Positions 22,540 through 34,772 of a stretch of 64,000 nucleotides of DNA are shown piece after piece (the first letter of the stretch is position 1; every line of letters starts with the position of its first letter). Source of the stretch: Setoptus koraiensis (taxonomy: Eukaryota; Animalia; Arthropoda). Made by a program: the position numbers and the translations under genes. Where the stretch lies: NCBI GenBank assembly GCA_048013815.1, contig CM106586.1, forward strand, positions 8,928,001 through 8,992,000, read 5' to 3'. Under the pieces are notes generated by a model that was not told where the DNA came from, did no database searches, and worked only from the letters and a program-made list of their open reading frames with translations.

Positions 22540-24514
22540 GCCATCTGAATTTCGGCGTTTTAATTTTCGGACTTATGATTCCGGCGTTCTGATCATCCGG
22601 CCTTTCAGCAGCTGCCCGAGAATTATCTTTTCTGCCTGCATCAACATATTCCATTGAAGAATCTCCCAGCTTTTTTATATCAAATGATTCGGCGATTCTT
22701 AAATTGTTTTTAATCATAACAGCAACTTCAGATATACACTCTTGTGGCCAATGAAGAGCTCCGTCGCCTTTTGAAGTATCACCATTTGAATATGATTCTC
22801 CGTTGGGTTTCCAGCAGATATACTGTGTTGTTGCAAATTGTATAGCCAAACAAGGTGGTGGCCAGATTTGACAAAAATTCACTGGAATTATGTGTTTTTT
22901 AAGCACATCTGCAAGTTTGATTTCTCTGTTCGACCACAATGTCTGTCCATAGGATGATGTCACTAAAGGTACAAATACGGAACAGCCACATATTGCATCG
23001 TTCAATGAATCTTGCCAATCTGATCCACTTTTGATTTCATGAATATCCAAATAAACAGTTAGTCCCAACTTTTCGAGAGCTATTTTTAGATCGAGGGCAT
23101 GAACTGCTGCCTCACGCCGCACATAGGAGATCATCACTTGTTTATCGATGCTTTTATCGCTGGTGCAAGTCGTGGTACTCTCCTCTTCTTGTCTCACTTC
23201 AACATCCTTGATCTCTTGTTTATATTCCGTATCAGTTTTGCTTATTTGCCCTGATTGATCTATGTCGATCGATAGCTTCAGTGAGTCAACAGCTAGACTT
23301 TCATTTTTTAACGAAAGATTCTTGAATTTCCAATTTCTTCTTTCTTTCAATGTGTCCTTTGATCCAAGTATTAATGGTGAATTGCTAGCCTGCGTTTTGT
23401 AGCCTGATGTGTCATTATTCAAAACTTCAACTGATGCGTCACTTTTAGTTGTATTCTCTCCGTTAGGTATAACAAGACTGGACTTTCCAAGCCCGACATA
23501 CACCGTGGTGTCGGCTAGCGAACCACTCTTGATGGCTACGGTTTGATTCTTGCCTACAATAGTGATAATTGCGATGGATGATTCTTGCTGGGGTGTTATG
23601 GGCCAAAAGCGTTCATCCAAGAATATGAAATTTTTCAGTCTGGAGTATAGATTTCCACCGTCATCTATTATACTTGTCAAATGTTTGAAGTGCGTGTCGA
23701 TTTCTTGACGCAAATCAGATAGGCAATCTTCTTTATTACAAATTATCGAGCCGAGGCACACTCCCGCACCCGTGCATTCAACTATTCCAATTTTCAATTT
23801 TGGATCGGAGCTTTGAATAAAAACGGAACCTTCGTCCTTTCTTGAGCCATGCCAACTTATCAAATCACACGCTGTCTTGTATTCCTCTTGATTTCTGGGA
23901 GAATATGTAATAATATCACTATCTATTTGTAAAAAAGTGAAATCTTCAGGCAAATAGAGCACATTTTTTAATATGAGAGTTCTTAAATTCGACAATGTCG
24001 TGTTAATCATATCGATTTTTACAAATCCCAATACTGTATGTTGGTCCGGCATCCTTTTGAATTTGTTTAGTAGTACTATAGAGATTTCCTTGACTAAGTT
24101 TCGGTTTTCTTTTGCTTCAAATGTGCACCTTGAGGTTTCATGGTTCATCTCAGTTGTAATCACAAAGTTGGTATCTATCAAACGATGGTCTGTTAATGGT
24201 CTGCGACCGACATAACAAGTTTGCGTTTCGAATTGATTAGTTTTTTTTAATTCATGCTCAGCAGAATATGTTTCATCTTCCCCTATAATCATCGTATTGT
24301 TTGCTTGGGAGGGCGATGAAACCCGGGCTGGCATACCCGGGCCCATTGAATGCTCTCTCTTACCTTCATCAGTCGGGTCTTTTTCTTCAATCGATGACGA
24401 GCATTTACTTGTGGACGCAATAACGATAGTTTTGCTTTCTGATCTATGCTTAAATGGGCCATAATTGAGTTCTATCTCCTCGTATTGATTTTGTGTCGTA
24501 CTCCAATTATTCAT
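22511..24514 (-). CDS. TIR (TIR_2-type) domain protein with two upstream SPATA1-N-like modules; start uncertain
   Basis: Long intronless ORF (first ATG 24514, frame open to 24586). C-terminal VMISYVRRE..LDLKIALEKLGLTVYLDIHEIKSGSDWQDSLNDAI..CSVFVPLVTSSYGQTLWSNREIKLAD..KHIIPV is a TIR_2 pattern. Two internal modules share LG.....LS.LR..I...F.FL...P..QE. Confidence 0.88.
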   Translation of the reverse strand: MNNWSTTQNQYEEIELNYGPFKHRSESKTIVIASTSKCSSSIEEKDPTDEGKREHSMGPGMPARVSSPSQANNTMIIGEDETYSAEHELKKTNQFETQTCYVGRRPLTDHRLIDTNFVITTEMNHETSRCTFEAKENRNLVKEISIVLLNKFKRMPDQHTVLGFVKIDMINTTLSNLRTLILKNVLYLPEDFTFLQIDSDIITYSPRNQEEYKTACDLISWHGSRKDEGSVFIQSSDPKLKIGIVECTGAGVCLGSIICNKEDCLSDLRQEIDTHFKHLTSIIDDGGNLYSRLKNFIFLDERFWPITPQQESSIAIITIVGKNQTVAIKSGSLADTTVYVGLGKSSLVIPNGENTTKSDASVEVLNNDTSGYKTQASNSPLILGSKDTLKERRNWKFKNLSLKNESLAVDSLKLSIDIDQSGQISKTDTEYKQEIKDVEVRQEEESTTTCTSDKSIDKQVMISYVRREAAVHALDLKIALEKLGLTVYLDIHEIKSGSDWQDSLNDAICGCSVFVPLVTSSYGQTLWSNREIKLADVLKKHIIPVNFCQIWPPPCLAIQFATTQYICWKPNGESYSNGDTSKGDGALHWPQECISEVAVMIKNNLRIAESFDIKKLGDSSMEYVDAGRKDNSRAAAERPDDQNAGIISPKIKTPKFRWPIISRTKYH

Positions 24515-25179
24515 CAGGTCATTATGTGGATAGACCAGTTGGCTTAGCCGGAAGCGATTTGTTGCATAATGAGTCGCATGTAGCAACGACCAATAAGAAA
24601 AAGAGCGAGCCAGAATGTATATGTCTTTAAATCAAGTATACACTATCGACAATGTTACCCGAATAGCTTGAGATTGCACCACAAAGTAGGTTTTAGTTGG
24701 TTAATCCTAACCAACTTGGTTAACTTAATCCTAAATTATAAGGCGTTGAGCTTATTTTCCACTACGAGAACGCGTTTTTATTACATTCGAGAATGATGAG
24801 ACAGAAGAAATTGAAATAGAGTTTTCATCAGCACAAAAGTCATGAGCATGTAACTACCTAGTGTACCTACCTTAATGGGAATAGTTCACATTAGACGATA
24901 GATTAATATCATTATCAATAGATAAAATCAATCAGAGAGCCAGCGATAACAAATTGTTTATGTAACCTTGCGGGCCATTGCAAAGTTAATTTCTATAGGT
25001 AAATGCCGAACACAAAATTTAAACACATCGAAAAATATAAATAGGACGGTATCTATATAACAGCATATAGAAAGATTGGTTCCATTCCACGAATACCGCT
25101 CATAAACAAATACAGTATCAAGATGCCTTAGCAAATCCTCGATATAAGTTTTTCTTGTTTCTTAATAAAGTACTCATAC

Positions 25180-25440
25180 ACCCACCGGATTACTTCAAGT
25201 TGAAAGATAGCCACTGGGAGCTTCGCGAAGATACCGCTCGTATTCAATCTATTCAGGGAAGACATAATATCATAGACGAAGAAGAGTAAGACTATTGATC
25301 TTCACCTGATCGTTCAAACGTTTCAAATAAACACAATTTCGTCAAATTTTCTGTTTGTAGAAAAAAGTTACTGTTCAGATTGTATGGCTCTTCACTGTCT
25401 TAATAGTGATACAGTAGCCCAGCACTTTTTGAGATAATCG
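25180..25440 (+). pseudogene. Direct repeat copy 2: duplicated, degenerate GNL1 3' fragment
   Basis: Copy of 22278-22539 with substitutions and small indels; GAG GAA GAC is changed to GAG TAA GAC (nonsense), and there is no 5' portion. Confidence 0.9.
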
Positions 25441-25602
25441 TTTGAATGAAAAGTTAGACCAATAAAAGCGATCTAACTAAATAGATCGGTGTTGTTTCAG
25501 AATCGACATCACTTGTCATGGATTTTCAATTTCGTTAAATGACCACCTGAGTTAGTGAAGCCAAAATGGGATCAGCTTTGCTGCAATTTGCCAAAAAGTT
25601 TG

Positions 25603-25675
25603 TGGAGACGCCGAGAATCGAACTCGGGACCTCATGCATGCTAAGCATGCGCTCTACCAACTGAGCCACGTCCCC
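25603..25675 (-). tRNA. tRNA-Ala (anticodon AGC)
   Basis: GGGGACGTGGCTCAGTTGGTAGAGCGCATGCTTAGCATGCATGAGGTCCCGAGTTCGATTCTCGGCGTCTCCA folds as a cloverleaf with the G3:U70 Ala identity pair, A and B boxes, and a downstream TTTTT Pol III terminator. Confidence 0.97.
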
Positions 25676-25889
25676 GCACATGAAGGTTTGCTAATCATAT
25701 GTTTAGTAGTATTCACAGATTTCGAGACAGGTCAGGCTGAGAGAGTTGTTGAATTAGGGGTTGAGCCAGTTGGAAGAAAAGGACAAGATCTAGTTTGTTT
25801 TGAGTTATTCAACCGGTTTTCAGTCATTCAATTTGTTCAATATCAATTATTTATTGTTTATGTTGCGCATAAGTATAAAAAACCAATAA

Positions 25890-26768
25890 TCAATCCGTTT
25901 CCATTGGTGCCGGTGCGGACTCGGCAGCAGGAGGTGCCACCGTAGGAGTTGGTGCCGTGCCTGATGCAACAGGAGCACCAGGTGCTCCAGGGGCACCCGG
26001 TGCCCCGGGTGCTCCTGGTGTGGATCCGCTACCTCGGCCCTTTCTTTCATTTGGCTCTAGTAATTGGAGGAATTGATTCACTTGTTCATCATCATAAGTG
26101 GAAAATGGTAGACCCTTGCCAACCAGAGCTATTGAGACATTTTTTGTGCTTAGTTCAACATCATTTGGTAGGCACTCTCTCAACGCCAATAGAGTATGTC
26201 TGATGAGCTGATTTTTATCACTCGTGGCAAATTCTTCATTATGACGCTCTAAATAGGTTCTGGCAGATTGTGATCTGGCGCCAATGGCCATAGCTTTACA
26301 GTCATGATAATTGGCCGATGCCTCTACCTGATAGATATGTGGTCCTTTGCTATCGAAACCGGCTACTAGAATACCCACACCAAATGGTCTACGATCATAG
26401 CGTTGTGTAGATGTTTGCATCTTAATACCTAGAGTTGCTATTAATCTATTGACTGCCAATGGTTGTTCATGAGCGTAGCGCTCATTCATACATTCATTAC
26501 GTAAATAACGTGCCAATATTCTCGCGTCAGCTGTCAATCCGGCTATTGACATACCGACGTGCTCGTCTAGTGGTATTATCTTTTTCTGGTGAGCACTTAG
26601 TTCCGACGTGCTACGTTTCAAGGCGGCTAGAACGGCACAATCCATTTCGTTTTTGAGACCAATTGTGGCCGATCCTTGTTTCACTGCCTCCATGGCATAT
26701 TCAACCTGATAAAGGCGTCCCTGTGGCGACCATGTCGTCACATCATTGTCGTAGGGGTTCCTGAACAT
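25890..26768 (-). CDS. PSMA1: Proteasome subunit alpha type-1 (alpha6), intronless
   Basis: [76 protein letters not shown]. Confidence 0.98.
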   Translation of the reverse strand: MFRNPYDNDVTTWSPQGRLYQVEYAMEAVKQGSATIGLKNEMDCAVLAALKRSTSELSAHQKKIIPLDEHVGMSIAGLTADARILARYLRNECMNERYAHEQPLAVNRLIATLGIKMQTSTQRYDRRPFGVGILVAGFDSKGPHIYQVEASANYHDCKAMAIGARSQSARTYLERHNEEFATSDKNQLIRHTLLALRECLPNDVELSTKNVSIALVGKGLPFSTYDDEQVNQFLQLLEPNERKGRGSGSTPGAPGAPGAPGAPGAPVASGTAPTPTVAPPAAESAPAPMETD

Positions 26769-28727
26769 GTCGGTGATATTCTTTTGAGTTGTCAGAAGGG
26801 CTGGTAATTAAGTCAATAGATCGGTGTAGTGATAGTAATAGTAGAAGATGGTTGGGCTCAGAAGAAAAATTTTCACCTTTCATATGTTCACAATTCGGGT
26901 CTTACCACTGTGAAACAAATGCTCGCTTCTTTAGATCTTCTGTCCGCGCATGCGTATGTTTCAAAAAACTTGGCGCGTTCTTACGCAGTTGTGACAAGAT
27001 AGGTGCTGTTCGCCCTCAGATTGCTTCCGATTGTTACCCGGTTGCTGATAGATGCTATATCCGGCTGTTATTGTCATCTTGACCCAGTCGTTTTGTTGTT
27101 GGCTGTTGTCTCAATCACATCCACTATCGCATAAGTAGGATCCATTGAGTTATCTATTGAGTTATTATGTAAGAAAAGTGATGCGCACTCAATCCCATTT
27201 CAATGCTTATACTCACAAAATATTTGAAAAATCTCTTCATCACAATCCAGGCCGCCCGTTCAGCTTGATCAGAAGTACAAATGAATCTCCATGTCAACTC
27301 AGCGTAAGAATATTATGCAATGGGCATGCTTATTGAAAGAATAGATGATCTCAATCATACAAAGTTATTCGGTCAGCCATCGCTGACATCACATTCAACA
27401 AGAGACTGTATCTAGCGGATGCTGGAGCCTCAAATTTGAATCTACGGACAGATCTGCATCGGCAAAGGAATGCGAGGCATTCAAGTTGATGTGAGTAAAC
27501 GTAGTTTCGATAAGCAAGTAAGAATGATAACAGATAGTACCTTAATAATGCATAATAAATTGTCCAATTATGCAATTTATAAATAAGTTGGTCCTTTTAA
27601 TCGATTGTAAATAGACGAGTTTTTTTGCATTTGACACCTCAAAACTCATACCTCAGACTAATAAAATAACTCTGTCGATTGTTGTATCATCATATGCAGA
27701 CTCTCTCGGCTGTGGTTGGTGGTTTAGAGACCGGTCCACAACGTCTGGATGCATGACACCCGCGCCATTTATTGACTTTACACAAAGTTTATTATTATTC
27801 GTTGGATAAACATCGTCAGATCAGAGGTATCATACATGAACACCATTTGACAGATTAAGTATGCCATGTCTGTTATTCCGGGCAAAGCGCCGGCTGAGGC
27901 ACCGGCACTCGGCAAATAGTGGCAGCAACAATAGGATGTTATGCTAACACAACATTTCTAAATACATATAATAGTAGTATTGTTACATAAATTTGTTTAT
28001 GAAACATCATTCATCCCTCAACAATGTACATGCTGCTGGAATATACAGGACAATGATCAAAATTTCATGAGATACTCTGCATTCACAACAAACAAACAAT
28101 TTTTCGGTAGACCCAAACAATATCCATGTTTGGTCACGTTACGATCTCGTTGCAAACTAATTAGTGTATGCATAATTGAAATCATTAAGACTACAACAAT
28201 GAAAAAATTCTGACTAGTTTATTATTAACTTGTTGATAAGAACCTCTATGAATAAATCAATAACTCCTCAAATATGAATGCCCTGAGCTTGCACGATGTA
28301 TAATAGCACATATATATCACGCTTTTTACAGTTACTTTGTATACCGAACTAAATCATTCACACGATAACAGTGGTTATAAATAATTCAGCATGACATCAG
28401 TTAAATACCAGAGATTTGATGGGTAAGTGAGCGCCAATTAACTATCGAGGATAATTATGATCGTGACAAAAATGGTATCCTAACAAACCACTCAGTATTC
28501 GGAAGTTCAATGAATATTCCATCCATTCAATATATGGTGATGATATGCGAAAGATACTTACACTAATGACGATAGTTTATAAATAGATCTCATGTCACTG
28601 CCGCCTTTCATACTGCCTACCTAACTTTGCAACTTTTATCCACAACTATAACAAGCTACTATCATTGTTCCTCATGGTCTCAACGTCTATCTTCGAATCA
28701 TCTATTTAGGGAGGAGAAATTTCTAAT

Positions 28728-30590
28728 ATGTCTGGGTGAGTAAAACTACAACAACTATGCTACAAGATAAGCTCGATTCACAATGTTAGTAGACGTTAAA
28801 TCGCAACATAACAGACATTACACAAACAAATGTTAGAATGGTTTCAAGCAAAGGTTACTCTACTACAACCATTTTTAGATATAACAATTAAAATTACGAT
28901 GATACATCGTACAGAGGAACGTCTTAATCATAATCATTACTAATTAATTAACATATTTTTTGTTTTTTTTTATTGAAATATTTCTTCAACAGCTCTTCTA
29001 TCTTTTAGCTTATTCTGCTTCACTACCCTACTTTGGGTGTCACATGTCGAGTCAGATGGAAAAGCTGACGCTGATTTTGTCGACACCAAAGCTCAAGTGG
29101 ATACAAATAATTACGCTGTCATAATAGATTGCGGAAGCTCCGGTTCTCGGGCACACATTTACACATGGGCCCAAGTGTCTGGCGATCCTCTCCTATTGCC
29201 TGATGTAAAGCCGCTAGAAAATGGTAATGGCGAGAGGTATGTAAAAAAGATCGAACCGGGGCTAGATAGTGTTGAGGATGAGCCAGACAGTGCCTCTAAA
29301 TATATGGGCCCAATAATGGATTTCATCGCATCGAGCATACCCGAAGAAAAGCATGCCGTCACGCATGTTTATATTATGGCAACAGGCGGATTGCGTCTAC
29401 TAGGCAAGCATACACAACAAGATATAATGTCGGATTTAGAAAAGGATTTGCCTAAAATGTACAAATTTCCCAATATCAAGGCTCAGGTAATTAGTGGTCA
29501 AGACGAGGGAATGTACTCATGGATAGCTGTCAATTTTATGGCGGGCCGCTTCGAGAGGAGTATATTAGATAAGAGATTCAGTATTACGACAAAACAACAT
29601 CAGTGGCTGTATGAAAACGATCTTAGAAAAAAAACTGTTGGTATCATAGATATGGGTGGTGCCTCTATTCAAGTTGCTTTTGAAATGACACCGAGCGATG
29701 GCAATAATATATCAACAAACAAATTAGATTACAATAGTCAAGCAAGCGCAATTGAGGATAGCATAAAAGAGGTTGATCTAAATAGAAGAGATAACAAACA
29801 CAACTACAAATTGTTTGTAAACACATTCTTAGGTGTGGGCTCCGATAGTGCCAGAGAGGCAGCCACAGACCTTCTGGTTAGATCATTGCTGAACTACGAC
29901 AGAGGACCAAAAAACTTAAGTCGTATAGAGTCGTTGACCTTACTGGATCCATGCTTACCTAGGGGTGCAACAGAGGTAATTAAAAGGCCAAGGGTATTAT
30001 TGGAGACGCTTAAAAATAATAATAATAGAGGAGAAAAGTCGCACCAGACCATAGGTTTCAGATATGATGAAGATGAGCCAAGTGTTGATGTAATACTTAA
30101 GGGTAGTGGTAGCATGAAACGCTGCATGGCTCACCTTGTGAAATTAATAGATACAGCAAAACAAGAGAATATGAATTGTGACAATCCATCCAGGTGCCCC
30201 ATGTCACTGCTAGGAACTAACTTCATCCCGTTTGAGAGCCATCATTTTTATGGTTTAAGTGATTTCTATTATAGTACTAAAGAATTGATTGATTCGGCTG
30301 GCCTATTTAATAGAAGAGAGATTATCTCTAGAACAAACCGAATATGTTTGACACCATTCAGAAAATTACAAAATCAATTTGCTCATTCCAATGAACACGA
30401 CCCGACTCGTGTTTTGCACGAATGCTTCAAAGCTACATGGCTACTCACCTTTCTAGAGCACGGCTTACACATGCCAAAACAATCTAGGAATTTCGAAACG
30501 GTTGATAAAGTCAATGGTGAAGAAATTAATTGGACACTGGGTGCCATGATTGAGAAATCAATTGGATTAGAGAAAGAGTCAGATAAGTGA
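28728..30590 (+). CDS. Apyrase / NTPDase of the GDA1-CD39 family, ENTPD4/7-like
   Basis: Apyrase conserved regions IDCGSSGSR, ATGGLRLL, ISGQDEG, DMGGASIQ and WTLGA, plus DPCLP and FYGLSDFYY as in ENTPD4/7. Likely first exon ATGTCTGG/GTGAGT (28728-28735) joins in phase to acceptor 29008, giving MSGLFCFTTLLWVSHVES. The start is uncertain. Confidence 0.92.
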
Positions 30591-30958
30591 ATGGATTCCA
30601 ATTTAATTAATTATAATTACTCGATGAAAAAGAGCTGATAATAAATAGTAAATGATGATTACTTTGTATAGAATAACTTGCTTCGTCGTTACTTATGTAT
30701 GTTACTTGACTCCTAGATAGACAATCGAAAGTGGCAGTGATATCATGATTCCACGGATGGCTGTCTGTCTATGTGGCATTAATTAACATTCAATTATTAT
30801 GTGCACTTTTACAATATACTTACAAAACCTACTTTTTCCAACTGTCTCGCTATGCCCGTCTCAATACTATGGATGCCGTATTTTGATCTGTAAATCTATA
30901 ATCTGCATTCATATTTATAAGTATCAACATACGAAAGTGAAATTCAAAAAAATAATAT

Positions 30959-33754
30959 TCAATTGTCTTTAGTAGGGCCAGCGACAGCCAATTCTTCAAT
31001 ATAATTTAAAAGAACCTTACGTCTTTCATCGCTCAAAGGTTCTAGATCTACATAACGCCGGTCATTTTGTAACGTTCCAATTATTTCCATCAGATGCTGA
31101 TGTTCAGATTCCTCTATCTTTCTCCTTGAACTTGAGTCTATAACCTTTGTTTCCTTAAGAAGATCTTTGAAATTGCTTTTTGCTGTATTAATACGAGTTT
31201 GTAAGAAATCTTTGAACTCCCTTTCGCATTTTCGCTCACTCGATGAAAACTTTATAAATCTCGGATCATCTTTAATGATGCGTCTGATATCCTTCCAATC
31301 GCTATCCAATTTGATTTCTTTTGTTTCTTGTAGCAGCTCATGGAATTTATCTTTTCGCTTCGTATGAAGTTTGTTCCTGTGATCAGTGAAAAGTTCTTGC
31401 CTGATATCACGAGGAAGATCTTCAATCAGATCCCAACGTGAATCTTTTTTCATTATCTTCTTAGCGTCATGCCATGAAAAATCTGGATTGCGAACTAAAT
31501 CAATCAACAGAGCTTGAAAGACGTCGAGTACTTCAGTTTTTTTCAACTGATCTCGTCCTTTCTCCCTCTCTATCATGTGAGTAGCGAGATCTCGAGCAAC
31601 CTCTCGCTCTCTTTCTCTCAAGCTAGCCTCTACTTTTTCTTTCATTGCTCGTTCAATCAATCGTGCGTCCGAACGTTTGTCATCCTGATCATCGAATGGT
31701 AGAGAGCGTATGAATTTTCTAAACAATTCTTCTCTAGTCGAGCTACTATCGATAGCTCTGTATCTAGGATCGTTTCTGATGATTTCTTTAAAGTCATTCC
31801 AAGGGGAATTTACTTTAGTCAAGACTTCAGTGTGCTCAGAGAGAAGAGTTTGAAAGTCCGACTTGGCTTTTTCTCGCTGGGCTATCTTCTCCTCTCTCTC
31901 CTGACGACGTATGATACTCATGTGCTCGTCATATAGGGCAAGTCTATCACGAGATCTTTCTATTGCTCTAAATCTAGGGTCTCGGCCGAACCTATCATGC
32001 AGTTCAGAAAATTGGGATCTTGTAGATAATTTTGCCTCTTGTAACATTGCTCTAAAGTCATCGCGATACTTCTTTTCTTTTTCACGCTTCAGTTTCCTTT
32101 CTTCTTCAATCTTATCACTACAGAAGTCATCAAAAACTTGTCTTCGCTCCTTTGATGTAAGTAGGAGATATCTAGAGTCGAATACAATCTTTGCTAATTC
32201 TTTCTGAAAAGTCGATAGAGGAGAAACTTCTTTCTCTACGAGCATCGTTCTGAACATTTCAATCCTTTGTTCTAGTGGTAAGGTTTCGCGCATCTTGGCA
32301 GCTTGCAGTTCAACTTCCGATCCGGCTTCCTTTTTCGGGGCCTGACGACTAGCGAAGTCGCTATTTGTATCATCAGTTTTTCTAACAATATTAATAAATG
32401 TGCATTGGTGATATGAAGAGCAAAAGAAGATGGGCGCGAGGTAAATGAGTTAGAATCAAGTCGCATATATGAGAGATCAGGATTTCACCAGTTGAATAAA
32501 GTACTTACACTTTTTTCTCTACATGCGCGCCTTCAGTTTTGCTAGATTCGTCATCGTCATTATTGCGTTTACCATTTTCCAGCTCTTTAGTCTCTCGTTC
32601 ATTTTTAGTATCCGTAGTTTTGTCATTTGATTGTTCAATTTTATCATCTTTCGGTTGGCTGCTTACCATTTTGTCGACATCTGCTCGATCTCTCAGTTCG
32701 GGTGGTCTTTCCCAAACTGACGTTTTAGTGCTAGGGTTATAAAAGAAGACTCTGTTGTCCCCCGTCCATACAACACACCTGTAGATTAATTGACGATATT
32801 CGAAATGATTGATATTAGACACTATGTTCATGTGAAAACAAATCAGTATCAAGAGGGAAATGGTGAGCGGTGCGTGCACTTACCATGGTGTTCCTGGTAC
32901 GGAAGTGGTTGATACAGGCTTATTTTTATCTTTGGAGTTGACCGAGGTGGTCAGTGTATCACTTTGTTGCTGTTGGTTGCTGCTATCTGGATTTTGGTTA
33001 GAATTTTTCGGAGATTCGTCACTTGTTGGAGATCGCGTACCAACCTTTTTAATCTCACCGTTGCTATCCTGCTCTTCAGCCTTAGCCTCGTTCACAGCTT
33101 TAGCCGCTTTTTGTTGTCTTATTTTTTCAATCTCGCCTGAACATGAAATAAAAAAAAAGATGTCAGTTATATCAGTATCACATTGAAAGATGCTTCGATA
33201 GAGAGATTGACAAGAGAGAAAGGAAACAATTGTGTGAACTTACCGTCGAACTCAACCAACACCGAAGGCTTATCCCAGGTTCGTTCTTGAGTTTTAGTGT
33301 TGTAGTAATAATACATTTGGTCAGGTGTCTTGTATTCTTGCCAATCGACAACTCGATCACGGAGCTCTGCGCTGACCTGATTTAAATATACCCTCCTCTG
33401 AATGTCTGCCTCGGATATCATTGGCCTCATTGGTGGTGGTTGTTGCCAGGCCATTGGCGGCATGGCCAAGGGACCAGGAAATCCGAGTGCTGGTGGCATA
33501 CCGAAAGGAGGAAAAGATGGCACAGTATAAGGGGCTTGAACACATTGCATTAGTTGTTCTTGTTTGAGAATTTCAGCATTCTCGGGCCTCTTCCAGCTAG
33601 TCTCTCTCGTTTTAGCATTATAATAGTACACCTTTTGATCGGCAGTTTTTGTTTCAACCCACAAGGGCCGCTGCTGCTGCTGATTTGACTGCAAATCAGA
33701 TACCTGGGGCACCATGGTAGCGTGGTCGTCCGCCCTGGCTGGTTGTTGCATCAT
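30959..33754 (-). CDS. TCERG1: Transcription elongation regulator 1 (CA150), WW x3 plus FF domains, 4 exons
   Basis: Phase-consistent exons 33754-33244, 33136-32884, 32778-32509 and 32348-30959. WW3 [21 protein letters not shown], and FF repeats starting FRTMLVEKEVSPLSTFQKELAKIVFDSRYLLL. Confidence 0.96.
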
Positions 33755-34772
33755 GATTACCGTGTTGAGGAGGATTAATTATTGTTATATTTATCAGTCC
33801 AGTGAGTATTTACAAATATAATATATTCTTGCCCACTTCCTAGTGAAAACAACAACATTATTGGCCTAGTTTGTGCAGATTGCCACCAGTCTCCGAATAT
33901 TCTATGCGATGCGCAGTAGCAAGGCAGACTGCGTTGCATCAAACACTGAACCTTGAATGGAAGCCCTCTAGCGGTCAAACTATGGCACTACTCAACTGCA
34001 GCTAAGCGCGCGGATATCCGATCCGTTTTGAAAATTTTTTGGTCATTGTATGAATTAAAATGAAGCTCACAAATCAGAGTATTTGTATATTGTTATTTAT
34101 TTGTATTTATTCGTTTTTATTTATTTATTTGTATTATAAGAGTTTGACGAAGAGTATTTAGGGTGTCGTGAATTCCGGAGTCTCTCAGTCCCCTCAGCTT
34201 TATTTTAACACTAGCTCTCTGATCCGATGATGGTGCTTCAAGTCCTTTGAGTAGACAAGCGAAGGACTCAACTATTCGGGCAACCAGATCGCTAACAAGG
34301 AAACTTGGCATACCAGCATCAATATCTGCATGAAATGCTCAATTTTCGGAATTAATATCATAAAATTGAGCGCCCGAAACTTTCGAGCCGTAAGCACGGG
34401 CCGAACGCGCGCATAGATATGAGAAAGAAACCGTGACTGTCGAGTGTGAAAAGAGTGCGGATACTCGTGTTTGCGATTCGCGACGTAACCTTAGTTTTTC
34501 ATACACACATATACACTTTTATTCGGTTCGAGATACACTTGTTGTAAACATTAAGTGTTAGTTTTGCGTAGTATCAGTTGAGAGATGGTATCATATCTGT
34601 TGGAAGCGCAATCAGGGCTGACACAAGCGAGGACAAACGAGTTTGCTGCGATTGTCGTGTTGCTTTTTCCTGTTCCGTCATACACAAACAGCAGATTAAA
34701 TTAACCTGGCCCAGATGATGTCATCAGATTATTCAGTTCCTGAGGCTGATGCTAGCTGCCTACCTGGATACT

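Noticed and set aside
27340-27960. Exon-like segments between PSMA1 and the apyrase
   Set aside because: They could not be assembled into a phase-consistent protein; they may be UTR exons.
34117-34311. 64-aa ORF at the compositional boundary
   Set aside because: No recognisable domain, and it runs into an AT-rich simple repeat.
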